Origin: Lama guanicoe
Lineage: Eukaryota
Length of the DNA: 64,000 bases
Assembly: GCA_013239625.1 (NCBI GenBank)
Contig: MU053873.1
Location: 1,130,524 to 1,194,523, forward strand
Direction of reading: 5' to 3'
Below are positions 12,668 through 26,340 of this stretch, in pieces (the stretch's first letter is position 1; each line of letters begins with the position of its first letter). The position numbers were made by a program, and so were the translations under genes. The notes under the pieces were generated by a model. That model saw nothing but the letters and a program-made list of their open reading frames with translations. It was not told the DNA's origin and searched no databases.

Positions 12668-13040
12668 CAGGAGTCACAAACTCAAACAGTGCTCCAGGGG
12701 CCAGGCAGGGAATGTGAGGGAGGTGGGCCAGGTGTAAGCAAAAATAACCAGCAAGTGAGACGGTAAGTGGTGGAGGGGCCTCAGGCGGGAACACCCTTGG
12801 GAGTGGTGGCCTGGGAACATGTGGCCAGTCCAGAGGGCCACTCCCAAGCACCACTGCTCTGGGGAATGTGGGCCCAGGGTTCACAGATCTTCTGAGTTGT
12901 TCAAAAGAAGCAAAAATCCAAATATATTTGTGGTGTCTCCTAGTTTTAAAATGTTTGCAATAGATTTACATTTATATTGTTGTATGGGGCCAAATAAATA
13001 CACAGACAGGTCCAAAAATAAACATGTTTTTGGCCTAAAA
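12668..13040 (+). mobile_element. hAT-Charlie element (MER102-like)
   Basis: caggagtcacaaactcaaa..caggggccaggcagg...gggaatgtgggcccagg..cagatcttctg..aaaatcc. Confidence 0.65.
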
Positions 13041-13589
13041 GCCACAGAAGAGAAGGCTGACAAAATAGAAGCTGATTGGACCAGGTCATTAAATGTCACA
13101 TCTAGGCTGTCAAGGCAGAGGAAGAAGAAGAGGTTCCAACATCTGAGAAATATAGATGCTGCACTATATAAAAGAGATAGTTGTATGTGTGGGCTGCACC
13201 TTTGCCCACAAGAGGAAGCTATCCTCAGGATGCAATATCTGCTTGAGGAGGAAATGTAATTGCATACATACTTGACCACAAAAGGCTGATAGTAGATGAG
13301 GAGGTCTTTAGTGCTTTGAAAGACAGACAAGTCCGGTTGCTTTTACAGTGATTACACCTCTGTTTGAAGATAAAAGAGGAGTGAGTGAAAACACTAGAAG
13401 AAAATAAAGGCCAATTACTTGCTTTTGTCCAACTGCATAAGACAAGGTGGCTTAGCACAGAGGTGAGCTAATAGGAGAGAAGAGAGGGTTTAGGTGAAAA
13501 TGTAGAAATGCACACTCCATTCACGTGGGATGGAAAGCCCCATGAGCTTGCAGGGAGGTGATAATGAACAGGAATTGTTTACTCAGCAT

Positions 13590-14010
13590 CCCTTCCTGTG
13601 GGTAACCACCCCTTCCTGGACCATGCCATCTCTCTGGGGCTGTCAATCATCAGGGCTTAGCTCCCCAACTTAGGTGGGCATGTGACCTACAATGGCCAAT
13701 CAGAGTACTCCACTCCTCTAGCTACAGTGATTGGTTCAGAGGTAAGCATGTGACCAAACAGGGCCAATTAGAGTCTTTCCTGAAATTTGATCTTTTGGAA
13801 ACTGAGGGAGAGAAGGTCTGTCTTCTCCTGTGGGATCTCAACCCTAAGGATTATGTAAATTTAAGGTATTTGTGGCTCTTTTCCCCAACCACATAGAAAA
13901 GGTTGCTACTGTAGGAGAAGAAAGAGAAGCAGATACAAGCGGAGATGAGACAACCCAGAAGAGGAAAGGTACTGGCTGCATCCTTTGAGCAACTGGTACC
14001 ACCCCTATGA
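13590..14010 (+). mobile_element. Old MaLR LTR (MLT1K/J-like). Similar old LTRs at ~16200-16720, 28820-29230, 30700-31140 and 50580-51070.
   Basis: gcatgtgacc..ggccaatcaga...gtgattggttcag...gggccaattagagtc motifs. Confidence 0.55.
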
Positions 14011-17000
14011 TAAAAGACTCAAGCAAATACAACAGGAAAAAAGAAGCTGACTAGTTCAATAACAGCTGCAGCAGCAGTAGGAAGTAAACACACCCACATC
14101 CCTCACCCCCTCCTACAAAACTAAAGAAACTCTGAGACTTGAGGTAGATCAAGAAATCCAAATTTTGCTAAAAGCAATGGAGTCAAACATAGTTTTGTCT
14201 TGAGATTGCTAGTATCTATCACCCCCCCCAAATTTTTGCAAATCAAGAAAAATGAAAAAGAATTCCAACGCAAAAGATCTAAAGTAAAGGAATATTCAGT
14301 ATATTAATCGAGTGGATGAATGAATGAACAAGTGAGGACATACTCAGACAAGAGGTCCTTATCATTTCAATTTGAGAACACTTAGAGGAAATAACTCACC
14401 AACGAAATTGCAGTCTCCAAAATGTGACATGGAAGTCAGAGAGGCCTCCCATTTTACTGTTGAAAGACACCTTAGAGATCATATAATTGTTGTTTGTTTG
14501 ACAGATGAGAAAACCAAGACCTAGAACCCACAACAAGCTAATAGATGAATACAAGTTGTACAGTTTAGCTTTCCCCAGCCTCCTACATCTTCTCATATAT
14601 ACAAGTGCTGTCTGACAACACAGGGCACAGATGTGATGTGGAGGAGAGCTATCCCACACGTTTGCTTTATTTGTTAGTATGTCTAGGGTACTGGCAGCAG
14701 CAGCACCTTCTCCCACCCTGGTCACCTGGAGCCTTGAGGCTGTTGGAAGCCACAGCCCTCAGATCCCAAGGAGCTGACAGTCCCTTCCCAAGAACTGCTA
14801 TGCAAGTGGCCTTACTTTTTACCTCTCATATTTTTTTTCTAGCTCTAGGCATCTTCCCTGTTTTCATCTAAGGTAGAAGGAAGAAGAGACAAATCAAGAA
14901 ACAGGGACCTGAAATGAAACAATAATGAGAAAGAGGTTTAAAAGATGCCCAAGAATTGTCGATGCAGAGTGGGAACTGGGCAACCCCTTTGGGAGACAGT
15001 CTAGCAAAATCTATCAGAATTTAAAACTTACTTGCCCTTTGGATCAAACAAGCCCACTGGTGTAAACTTATTCCACAGATTCTCTTAGACTTGCCTGTAA
15101 AGATTTATTTACAGGGATGTTCATTGTAGCCAAAGAGTAGAAACCACCTGTACTAATCAATAGAGGATGAGTTACAGACAAATGATAGGACAGCCAAGAC
15201 TTGCTTCAGAATAATGCATAGCAGGAAGGAGTGGGGATGAGGGTAGAGAGGAAACAAGATTGGCCAGATGGTGGTAATTATTGACGCAGTGTTGGATACA
15301 TGGAACTCCATTTTGTCGTTCTCTCTTTTGTATAAGTTTGAAGTTTTCCCAATAACATTTTTGAACATATAAATTATGACATGCCCGTTAATAGAATATT
15401 CTGTAACACTTGAAAATGATATAAGATGTGCTATATGTGCTGATACAGCAAGAATTCCAAGACACAGTGTTACATACAAAACACAGATTATATTACAGCT
15501 TTTATACTATTTTCACAATTTATTTTTCTCTTTGGACCTCAGGAATATAGAATTAGATTAGCCTTGGCACACACATTACTGGCCCAAATATGGCCTGCCT
15601 TTATGGACGTTAACTAGTTTTAATAATATACTACCACCCATGATCCACTGGATTTCATTTTGGATGAAATGAAAAGTAGGACCTTGAAAATAACCTATAG
15701 GCTATTGTATAATGTGACATGAAATATGTTAAGCGAAGCACCATTCACAAGAGCAAAAACTTGGAACTAGCCCAAATGTCCATCAACGTAAGAATGAAAT
15801 GAATAAACTTTGATATATCCATGCAATGAAATATTACACCAGTCAAATCAAGTAAATTAAATGACTTACAACAATATGGATGAACACTAGAAATATAATA
15901 TTAAGTGAAAAAATAAAGATCCCCAAAGATTATATTCAGTATTATATTATTTTATAAAGTTAAAAGCAACTAATACAAAAAAATTGCATTATATATAGAC
16001 ACAAAGTATATAAAAAGAAAGCAAGGGATTCAAGATGAATAACTCAAGTGGGGGAAGGCAGGGTACGAGATGGAGGAATCTTGTGGTTAGATATCCATTT
16101 TTTTGTAAAACAAACATATATATACTTCTTGGAATGTACAGAATAAACTGTTACTCAGAATTGTTCAAATAAAAGGAAAAATTTGTAAGTCTGGGATGGG
16201 AGAGAGACTAAACGTATTGAATTCCTTCTCTTATGATAACAGAAATCCAACTCAAACTGCCTTAAGAAAAAAAAAGGAATTTAATGATTTGCATAACCGC
16301 GATGTCCAGATGTAATTTGGTTTCAGACACAGCTGGGTCCAGGGGCTCAAAGGATATTTTCAGGTACCTTCTCTCTCCAGTTCTCAGCTCCTCTTTCCTC
16401 TACGATGTCATTTTTCTCGGTTTCCACACTGTGGCCCCTCTCTTCCAGGCTCACATCATCCAGGTTGCCAACACTCCCAGGGAAGGCAGGGCTTCTTTAT
16501 TCTCTCCTCCATTCCAAGTCACAGGTTGACTCTCATTGGCCAGAGCTGGTTTATGTAAATTTCACTAAACCAATCACAATGGCCAGGGGGATAGACTATG
16601 CTAATTGACTAGGCTTCCTTCAGTGTGCTCTTCTCTGGAGCTGGAGACCACGTGGACTAAGACTGGCTGATGCCTGGAGCGGGAATGGATGCTGGGCAGG
16701 CATAACCCACAAAAGCGAAAATAGGTGCCATACTCGCCTCCTCCTTCCCTTGCTCCCTACCCCTGTGTGGACAGGTGTTCCTCCCCCTGTACTCTTGGCA
16801 CCTTAAGTGGATCCCTTTTAAAGTTTCCAGCATGTTTCATAAGGTCCGTCCATTTGTGTCTGTTTCCTCCTACTAGACCATTTAATTCCCTGAGGACAAT
16901 GACTACGCTTTTCACGTAGACAGTAATCCCTGCCACAATGCCTTACGTGCAGATGGCACATGATAAATATTTGCTTGAATGAATGGCTCTTCAGTCTATG

Positions 17001-18862
17001 CCAAATAAAGTCCTGACATTCAAACTATCTTTTCTTGCCTCTTCTGCACCTTCCACAGCCTATAGGTCAACAGCCACCTCTAAGCCTTCATCCTGCTATT
17101 CCCTTGGCCTGATTGCCCTCCCTCCACACAAAAGGGTTCACAATGAAGGCATCTGGAAAGGTTGGCCAGCCAGTTTTCTCATAAGAAGAGCTTGTAGTTG
17201 ACATTTCTGTAATAGAAACCTTTTGACTAGTCTGCTCCACTTCTCATCTCCACTTTTCTTAAAACTAATACATACTCACTTGAGACTGTATTTGAACAAA
17301 AGGACCCTTCTTTGCAATAGTTGGTTCCCTGGCTGAAGAAGTTAGGTCCGGGCAGTAGTGACTTGATGGGTAGTGCTGGAGCCGGGAGGGTGAGGGAGGC
17401 TGCTTGCCACCACGTAAGATGATAACAGCAACTTCTATTTGCTAAGCATTTGTTGTGCGCCAAGCTTTGTGCCGAGGTCTTTGCATGTGTTATCGCCTTT
17501 GATAACATCCATGGGGACCATAACATCCGTGTTTTATCGGTGGGGAAGTAGCTTGCCTGAGGTCACAGAGGTAGTAAATGGTGAGGACAGCACTAGACCC
17601 AGTTCTGATGCCATCACCCTTGTTCTTAACCCCGTATTAAAGAGAAGAATGATATTAATGTTCAGTTAGAAGTAGAGTTGAGAGACTGTGTAATCCCAGA
17701 AAAAGAGAAAGACAGGGACAGTGGCTGCCTGGCTTCCTGATGGCTTTGCTGGTCCTGGCCCCTATCTTAAGTGGCCCAGCTGTGCTTACTGCCCTTAGGA
17801 TTCTAAACACACCATGAACCTTAATTCATTCCTCTTTTTGCTAAAGCCAGTTCCATTTGTTTTCCCCACCACTGACAAGCTGTGTAGCCAGGCCGGCGAA
17901 GTTCTCTCCCTCTCTGTGCTTGGGTTTCCTGGTCTGTGAAATGTGGGCAATCCTCACCCAACCTCAGAGGGTCGGCGTGAGGATTAGATGAGATCATGGA
18001 CGGGTAGCGGGGGGAAGGTGTCTGGCATGTGGACGCCCATGATGGCTGTGAGCTCTGGTTCCCCCAGCTCTGAGCTGAGGGCAGGTTCTGACCATTTTCA
18101 TGCATCTGTCCACACAGCACCTGCACCTTGACTCACTTGTAAAGAAGTTGCTTGCACCCCGCGGTGGGAACCTTGTGTGACAGTCTCTCCCGATAAGCAG
18201 GACTTCTCAGCGTCCCTGCAGCTCTCATGTCCTCCTACTGGAGACAGGCTGACACTCTTGTTTGTTTCTTCATTGAGTTAATGATTCACCTCCAGTGTTT
18301 AATTTTGTTGAAACAGACATGACCCTGTTGGTGCCCAAGGCTCTGTCTCCACCAAAGTGGCCCAGGGATCAAAGAAGCTCAAAGACACAGGGAGCCTCCC
18401 ACTGCCCCGTCCTGGAGTTGTCCTTTAGCCTGCTGGCATCCACCTCCGCACCGCTGCCCCTTGATCTTACCTGTCCTGCTTTAAGCCGCGCTCTGGTTAG
18501 CCCTTAGCCTCTCTCTGAGATTCGTCTGCCTCTCTCTTGTCTACCGCAGCAGCTGAATGTCCACTCCCTCACCACCCGGTGCTGCTGGCCTCCCTGGTAC
18601 CTCTCGTGCCTCTCTCCTCTGTGGATGAGGTTTCTCAGGGTGTCTGGAGTAGATTCATTCACTTCTTTGGGGACACTGGGAGCCAAGGGTCCTTCCATGG
18701 TGGCTCTGCCACTTACGCCCTCCCTATGGTGGCTGTCCCCCTTCCTAGATGTGGGGCATTGGACGTGCCTCCTGGCTGGGTGTTTGGACTGGCTGCATCT
18801 GGCCTTCCAGTCTGGGCTCCCTGTCCATCAGCTTCTCTGGCTCCCCACTCCAGCCCCTAACC

Positions 18863-19328
18863 TGTATGAGTCTTCTGGGGCCACCAGAACAAATTCCCAA
18901 AACTTAGGGACATACAACAACAGAAATACAGTCTCTCAGAGTTCTGGAGGCCAAAAGTTTGGAAATCAAGATATCAACAGGACCCTGCTCCCTCCAAAGA
19001 CTCTAGGGAAGGTGTCTTCCTTGACTCCCCCAGCTCCCATTGGCTGCCAGAGTTTCTTGGCTTGTGGCTGCTTCACTCCAACTCTGCCTTCATCTTCACA
19101 TGGCCTTCTGCTTTCTGTGTGTCTTTTCATTTTCTGTCTCTTATGAAGACACTTGCCATTGGATTTGGAGACCACCAGTTAACCCAGGATGATCTTATCT
19201 TGAGGTCTTTAACTTAGTTACATTTGCAAAGACCCTTTTTCCAAATAAGATCATGGTCACAGATTCTGGGTGGATATATCTTTTTTTGTGTGTGTGTGGT
19301 GGTGGAGGCACCATTCAACCCACTATAA
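18863..19328 (-). mobile_element. MaLR solo LTR (MLT1B/C-like)
   Basis: tctcagagttctggaggcc...ggatgatcttatcttgagg...tttgcaaagaccctttttccaaataag...ccattcaacccacta. Confidence 0.8.
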
Positions 19329-19589
19329 CTAGTGTTAACTGAGACCAGAAGAATATGGATGTGCCAGGTAGTAAGAATAAAACCAGTGAAACCCCAAGGT
19401 AATACAGAGCCTGGTGCATGTGGCCGGAGCACAGAATGTGAGAGGTGAGAGGGGAACTTTGGGGGGAGTTCGTGCAAGACCTAGCAGACTGAAGCAAGGA
19501 AACTGGGGCCTCTCCTCATGGCATGGAGAGCCACGGAAGGGTTTTAAGTAGGGGAATGACATTAGCTAATTGTCATTGATTATTGAACA

Positions 19590-21595
19590 TCTGGTAAACA
19601 GACAACTGGTTATCCAAATAGGAAAAAGAGAGGAGGGGATCCCTGCATCACAATATATGCAAAAATCAACTCCAAGAAGATTAAACTGCTCGACTTGAAA
19701 AGCGAAACTTCAAAAGGTGAATATTCTTTTGACTTTGGAGTAGGAAAAGAAATCTTAAACAAGTCACACCATGGGGAAAAGAGAGACAAATGAAATGTTA
19801 GTTAAATCTTCTGTTCAACAAAAGACACCACTGAAAAAGGAAAACATGAACCACAGATGGAAAAATTTTTGCAACATGTAATCAACAAAAGATCCGTATC
19901 AGTAAGACATAAAGAGCACCTATGAACAAATAGGATAAAGATAAGCATCCAATAGAAAAGTGGGCACAACATAACCAGGCAAGCCACAGAAGAGTTAATG
20001 TGAACAGCCAATAAATATGTGAAGAAACTCACCAGTAAACAAAGGGCACATTAAAACCACAAGATCCATTTCATGGCCATCAGATTGGCAAAAGTTAAAA
20101 AGCCTGACAATACTAAGTGTTGGTAAGGATATGGAACCATAGGAACTCACACTGCTGGGAGTGTGTATGTTGGCACAGTAGGTCTGGAGACTAAGTTCAC
20201 AGTATCCGGTAAAGCAAAAGATGTGTACCCTCAACTACCTCTCTATCACATTCCTACACGCATATGTCTGCAAAAAATCTTGCTCATGCACACAGGGAGG
20301 TGGGTCAGAATGTTCAGAGAACATTGCTTGTAGTAGCAAAAAATTGAAGAAAATGACCACTAACAGGAGAATGGACAGATGTGGTTCATTCACCATGAAA
20401 TAGCACATAGCAGGGGATGTGAATGAACTAAGCTACATGCATCAACTTGGTTGATTCATAAATGCTAAATAAGCAGGTGAAGACACACTGCAGCATTTCA
20501 TTTACATAAGTTGTACAATCATGCAAAACAACACTACTATTTTGTAGGGCATCCATATTGATGTCATGAAGTTATAAAGAGATACATGGAAATAACAGAC
20601 ATCAGACTTAAGGTAGGGTTCACGTCGGGGAGAAGTGAATGGGAAGGGTGCAGAGGGGATCCTGCAGTTTGGGGGATTTTTTTTTCCTAAGCCACATGGT
20701 AGAAACATGGGTGTTTATTGTATCATCCTTTATAGATTTTGGTGTGACAAATATTACATACTTTTAAAAGAGGTGATACCAAAGAAGATAGATAAATGGC
20801 CAAAAAGTATATAAAATAATTCTCAATGTCATTAGTCATCAGGCTAAGTGCAAATCAAACCACACTTAGATACCAAGTCACAGCCACTAGGATGGCCATG
20901 ATTAAAGAAACAAAACCAAAACCAGAAAATAACAAGTGTTGGCAAGGATACAGAGAAACTGAAACACTCTGCATTGCTGGTGGGAATATACAATGGTGCA
21001 GCTGCTGCGGAAAACAGTTTGGCAGCTCCTTAAATAGTTGAACATACAATCACTATATAATCCAGCCATGCCACTTCTAGGTGTATACCCAAAAGAATTG
21101 AAAGCAGGGATTTGAATACCAACATTCATAGCAGCATTATTCACCATAACCAAAAGGTGGAAACAAACTAAATATGTTCAATAGATGAATGGATAAACAA
21201 AATGTGGTGAATACATACAATGGAATATTATTCAGCCTTAAAAAGGAATGAGACTCTGAAACATGCTATAATGTGGATGAACTTGAAAACATCATGCTAA
21301 GTGAAATAAGCCAGACACAAAATGACAAATACTAGGTTATTCCACTTGGATAAAGTATCTAGAACAGGCAAATTCACAAAGACAGAAGGTAGAATACTGG
21401 TTACCAGGGACTGGAGGAATTACTGTTTAATGGGAACAGAGTTTTTGTTTGGAATGGTGAGAAATATCTGGAAATGGATAGTGATAATAGTTGTACAACA
21501 TTGTGAATATATATAATGCCACAGAATTGTACCCTTGAAAATGGTTAAGATGGTAAATTTTATATTATATATATTTATCACAATAAAAATTCACC
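19590..21595 (+). mobile_element. Two successive L1 ORF2-end/3'UTR fragments (older L1ME-like, then L1MB-like from ~20770)
   Basis: Degenerate ORF2 C-terminal motifs (NNKCWQG, gatgaatggataaacaaaatgtgg, tattattcagccttaaaaagg) and AATAAA-type ends. Confidence 0.82.
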
Positions 21596-21829
21596 AAAAG
21601 AGATAAAAGGATGGAAAAAAATATACCAAATAAATTCTGATAAAAAGAAAACTATAGTGACTATTTTTTAAAAAAAATACACTATAGCAAAGTGACATAT
21701 GGTTGAATCTAAGCTAATTATCACCAGTGCTTGCTTAATAAATATTTTATTTTTAAAAATTAACTCTTTAAAGTTTCTGGGTTGGGGCATGCACATTATT
21801 TAGTGAACTTTCTATCAAAGGTTAACCCA

Positions 21830-22360
21830 CTTGCAGAGAAGTGCAAAAATCTTGTGTGCACCTTGAAGAATTTTTACAAAATTATCACATCTATGTAACC
21901 AGCTACTAGATAAAGAAACAGAACATCATCCTGCCCCACCCGGAAGCCCTCTCAATACTTGCCTTCCCCCAAGAGTGACTAGTATCCTAACTTTAATCAC
22001 CACAAATGAGTTTTGCCTGTTTTTGAACTTAACATAAATGGAATTTTATGGCGTACAGTCTTTTGAGTTGGCACTTTTAATTCAACATGACATTTATGAG
22101 AGTTCTCCTACTGCAGTAAGTACTTCTAGGTCCTTCATTCTCACTGCTGAATAGAATCCCATAGTGCAAATACACCCCAGTTTATTTACCCATTCTATTG
22201 TTGATGGGGCTTTAAGGTAGTTTTCAGTGTTTGCTGCTGTGACAAAGAATTCTGCTGCGAACATTCCAATCCATGCCTTTGGTGCACATATATACACATT
22301 TCTGTTGAGTGAACACACAGGAGTGGAACTACTGGGTCACAAAATGTGTGTATATTGCCA
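21830..22360 (-). mobile_element. L1 3' fragment (L1MC/MD/ME-like)
   Basis: tttatttacccattctattgttgatggg...ggagtggaactactgggtca. Confidence 0.7.
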
Positions 22361-22506
22361 GGGGGAGGGTACAGCTCAGTGGCAGCGTGCATGGTTGGCA
22401 TGCACAAGGTCCTGGATTCATCCCCAGCACCTCTTAAAAAATAAATAAATAACATAAATAAACCTAATTACCTCCCCCCACCAACCAACCAACAAACAAA
22501 CAAAAA
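22361..22506 (+). mobile_element. Camelid tRNA-derived SINE (Vic-1-like)
   Basis: GGGGGAGGGTACAGCTCAGTGG A-box, degenerate B-box, and AAATAAACCTAATTACCTCCCCC tail. Confidence 0.85.
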
Positions 22507-22860
22507 CTTAGATCTACAGTCATCAAGTCAGTGTGATATTGTTGAAAGAATAGACAAATTGATCAATGAACAGTATTGAGAGCCCAGAAGTAGACTCACA
22601 CAAATATAGTCAACTGGTCTTCAACAGATGAGCAAAGGCAATACAATAGAGAAAAAAAAGGCAAGATTCGCGGGCCATCCAGCCCCGTTCCCTTTGATGG
22701 AAGTCTGAGTCTCCAGCCAGCCCGGTAGAAGGCTTGGGTTTGTGGGCTTAAGGTTTCAGAAGCGGTAGGGGAACCAAAACAGAAAGCTATCATCTTTCTG
22801 CATCAACCCCTACAGCTAACAGCAAAAACTGTAATCGCAGAACGCCTTCCAATGTTCTGA

Positions 22861-22874
22861 TTGCCCCCTAGTGC
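22861..22874 (-). promoter_or_regulatory. Candidate CTCF site
   Basis: Minus strand GCACTAGGGGGCAA versus core consensus CCASYAGRKGGCRS. Confidence 0.45.
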
Positions 22875-23555
22875 TAAAAACAAGAACAGCACACTGCGGG
22901 AGATGTAACACTTTCCAGCTGCGAAGAATTGACCTTAGAGATCTTAATTCAATCAAAACCCTTCATTTCTAGTTCTAATAAGGACACTAATCCTATCAGA
23001 TTAGAGAGGAAGTTGAGGAAGGCAAGGTCCACAGTGGGAAAGGGAAACATCAAGACCTATGGCAACTTAATGGTGAAGCCCAGACTAGAACCAAGTCCCT
23101 AACTTGGACTCCTGTATTCAGGACACTTAGCACAGAGTGCTAATCTAAGAAGTAACTTCCTTAAAAGAAGTAACGACCCAATATAGTATATGCTATAAGA
23201 CACAGAAAAATTCATGTAAACAATTTTCTTCTTTTAGAATGCAAATTATTTGAAGGCAGAAACGTTGGGTGATGAACCCTGAGGATTAAGAAAGGGTAAT
23301 GACAATGATAATGGTCTTGCTATCTATCGAGCTATGTGTCAGACACTGAACTTAGCAGCATTAGGCTGTTGTGACCACTACCCCATCTTCCTTCTTTCAT
23401 TCATTCAACAAACACTCATGCCTGTACCAGGCATGGTTACTGGTTCTGTGTATACCAAAGTGACACAAATGGAGTCCTTACCCTCAGGGAGACTAGATTC
23501 TAATTGGGAAAGATGGGTAGTAAACAGATCCATAACTAAACACATGGCATGCGAG

Positions 23556-23920
23556 TGTTAAGGACTGAATGTTTGTGTCCCACCCCCAACCCGCCCCCAA
23601 ATCCATACATTGAAGTCCTGAGCCCCAGTGTGACTTTCTTTGGAGAGAGGGCCTATAAGGAAGTAATTAAGATTAAATGAGGGCATAAGGATGGGGCCCT
23701 GACCAACACGATTAGTGTCCTTTTAAGACAAGACCCCAGAGAGCATACACAAAGGGGTCATGTGCGCACACAGTTGGGAGGCAGCCACATGCAAGCCAAG
23801 AAGAGGGATCTCTCCAGAAACCCTTGATCTTGAACTTCTCCAGAACCATGAAAAATAAATACCTGTTTTGGCCACCCAGTCTATGGTATTGTGTTATGGC
23901 AGCCCAAGCTGACTAAGACA
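23556..23920 (+). mobile_element. MaLR solo LTR (MLT1A-like)
   Basis: TG...ggactgaatgtttgtgtccc ... ggtattgtgttatggcagcccaagctgactaagaCA. Confidence 0.85.
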
Positions 23921-24049
23921 GTTAAGTAGTCATAATTACTCTGAAGAAAAATAAGGCGGGGCCAGGGTATCAGGACCATGGGAGATAATACACTACTTCC
24001 ACTGAAGTGGTGAGAAGTCTCTCCGATAAGCTGCCAATGTACATTGATC

Positions 24050-26340
24050 ACACTTGTGGAACATCCACCCAGATAAAGGCATGAAATATTTCTGGTACAC
24101 TCCCTCGTGGCCCCCACCAGTCAGTACCCACCTAAGGGTAACCATTATTCTGATTCCTATCAGCATGGATTAATTTTGTCTGTTTCTAAACTTCATAATA
24201 GTAGAATCTTATGTTGATGGACATGTGGGTTGTTTCCAGTTTGAGGCCATTATGAATAAAGCTGCAGAGAACATTCTTGAACACATTCTTTGGTAGATAT
24301 ATCATTCACTTCCGTTGGGTATGTGCCCAGGAGTGGAACTGCTGGGTCGTGGAGTATACACAGGTTTAGGTTTAGTAACTATTGGCAAATAATTTTTCAA
24401 AGTGGTATCAACATATGTTCCCACCAACAGAATGAAAAGATTCCAATTGTTGCTCACCAACACTTGGTATGTTGGCCTTTTTCATTTTAGCCATTCTGAT
24501 GAGTATAATGTGCCATCTCTGTATGGTTGTAATTTATATTTCTCTCATGAAAATGTTGAGCATCTTGGTCATTTTGATATTCTTTTCTGTGAAGTATTCG
24601 TGCAAGTCTTTTGCCCAGTTTAAAAATTGGGTTGTTTACCAATTTTGGGGGGAGGAAATGTGCAAATCATATATAAAGGTTTAGTATCCAGAATATATAA
24701 AGAACTCTGACAACTCAACAACAAAAAGACAAAAACCCCATTTAAAAATGGGCAAAGGGAATTGAATAGACATTTCTTCAAAGAAGAAATCCAAACGGTC
24801 AACAAGCAAGTGAAAAGATGTTCAACAACATTAGTCAACAGGAAAATGCGAATCAAAACCACAACGAGGTATCATTTCACACCCAATAGGATAGCCATTA
24901 AAACAACAAAAAAAGAAAATAATAAATATTGGCAAGAGGGCAGAGAATTTGGAACCCTCACACTTTGCTGGTGGGGATGTATCATGGCGTAGCTCCTGGG
25001 AAAACAGGTTGGCAGTTCCTCAGTAAGTTATATGACCCAGCAATTCAACTCTTAGCTTTGGCCCCAAGGACCTGAAAACATATGTCCACACTTGTACAAA
25101 AACGTGTACGCAAATGTTTACAGCAACTCTATTCAATAGTCAGAATGTGGAAACAACCCAAATGTCCATCAACTGATGAAGGATAAACAAAATGTAGTGT
25201 AGCCATACAATGGAATATTATTCAGCAAAAAAAGGAATAAAGCACAACATGAATGAGCCTTGAAAACATTATGCCAAGTAAAAGCCAGACCCCAAAGGGC
25301 ACATATTATACAATTCCACTTATACACAGTAGCCAGAAAAGGCAAATCCATAGAGACAGAAAGATTAGTGGTTACCAGAGGATAAGAGGGATGGATTGGG
25401 GGTGACTGTTTAGTGGGTACAGAGTTTCTGTTTGGGGTGATGAAAAAGTTCTGGAATTAGAATTGCACAACTTTGTAGATATAGTTAATGACACTGAACT
25501 ACACATTTCAAAATTTACAATGGCAAATTTTATGGTATGTGTATTTTATCCCACACACAAAAAAGTGGATTGACTGTCATTTCTTATTCATTTGTAAGAG
25601 TTCTTTATATATTATGGATATGAATCTTCTGCAATATACATTTATGATAACTGTCTTCCTCCTCTCTGTGTCTTACCTTTTCACTCTCTTAGTGTTGTCT
25701 TTTGATAAATGGAAGTTCTTAATTTTGATGATATCCAGTTCATCATTCTTTTATAGTTAGTGTTTTTTGTGTCTTGTTTAAGAAACCTTTGCCTATCCCA
25801 AGATCATGGAATATTCGTCTACATTTTTTCTAGTTGCTTGACTTGTTTCAAGTTGAAATTTATGATCTGTCATTAATTAACTGTGGTACATGGAAGGAAG
25901 TATAAGTTAAGGTTCATTTTCTTTCATACAGAAATTAAATTCATCCAGATCGTTTATTGAAAAGACCACCCTTTCCCCAATGCACTGCAGTGTCACCGTC
26001 ATTCTAAATCTGGTGACCATCTATGTAAGGGTCAGTTTCTGGACCTCATGTTCCATCTGTTGGTCTGGTCGCCCACCCAGCACCAGTATCACATTGTCTT
26101 ACTGGTTGTAGCTTTTCAGAAAGTCTCAATATCTGGTAGTGTAGGTCTGTTAGCTTTGTTCTCCTTCAATACTATGTTGGTTATTCTAGGTCTTTGGCAT
26201 TTTCATATAAATTTTAGAATCAATTTACCAATCTACACACACACACACACACAACACACACAACATACAAACACACCTGCTGGGATTTTCACTGGGATTG
26301 TATTGAAGCTATAGATCAATTTGGGGAGAATTGACAGTGT
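24050..26340. mobile_element. Old minus-strand L1 interrupted by a plus-strand L1MB-like copy (~24655-25565)
   Basis: The inner copy encodes MNRHFFKEEIQTVNKQVKRCSTTL..TTRYHFTPNR (ORF2 C-terminus). The outer L1 resumes colinearly after 25565. Confidence 0.82.
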
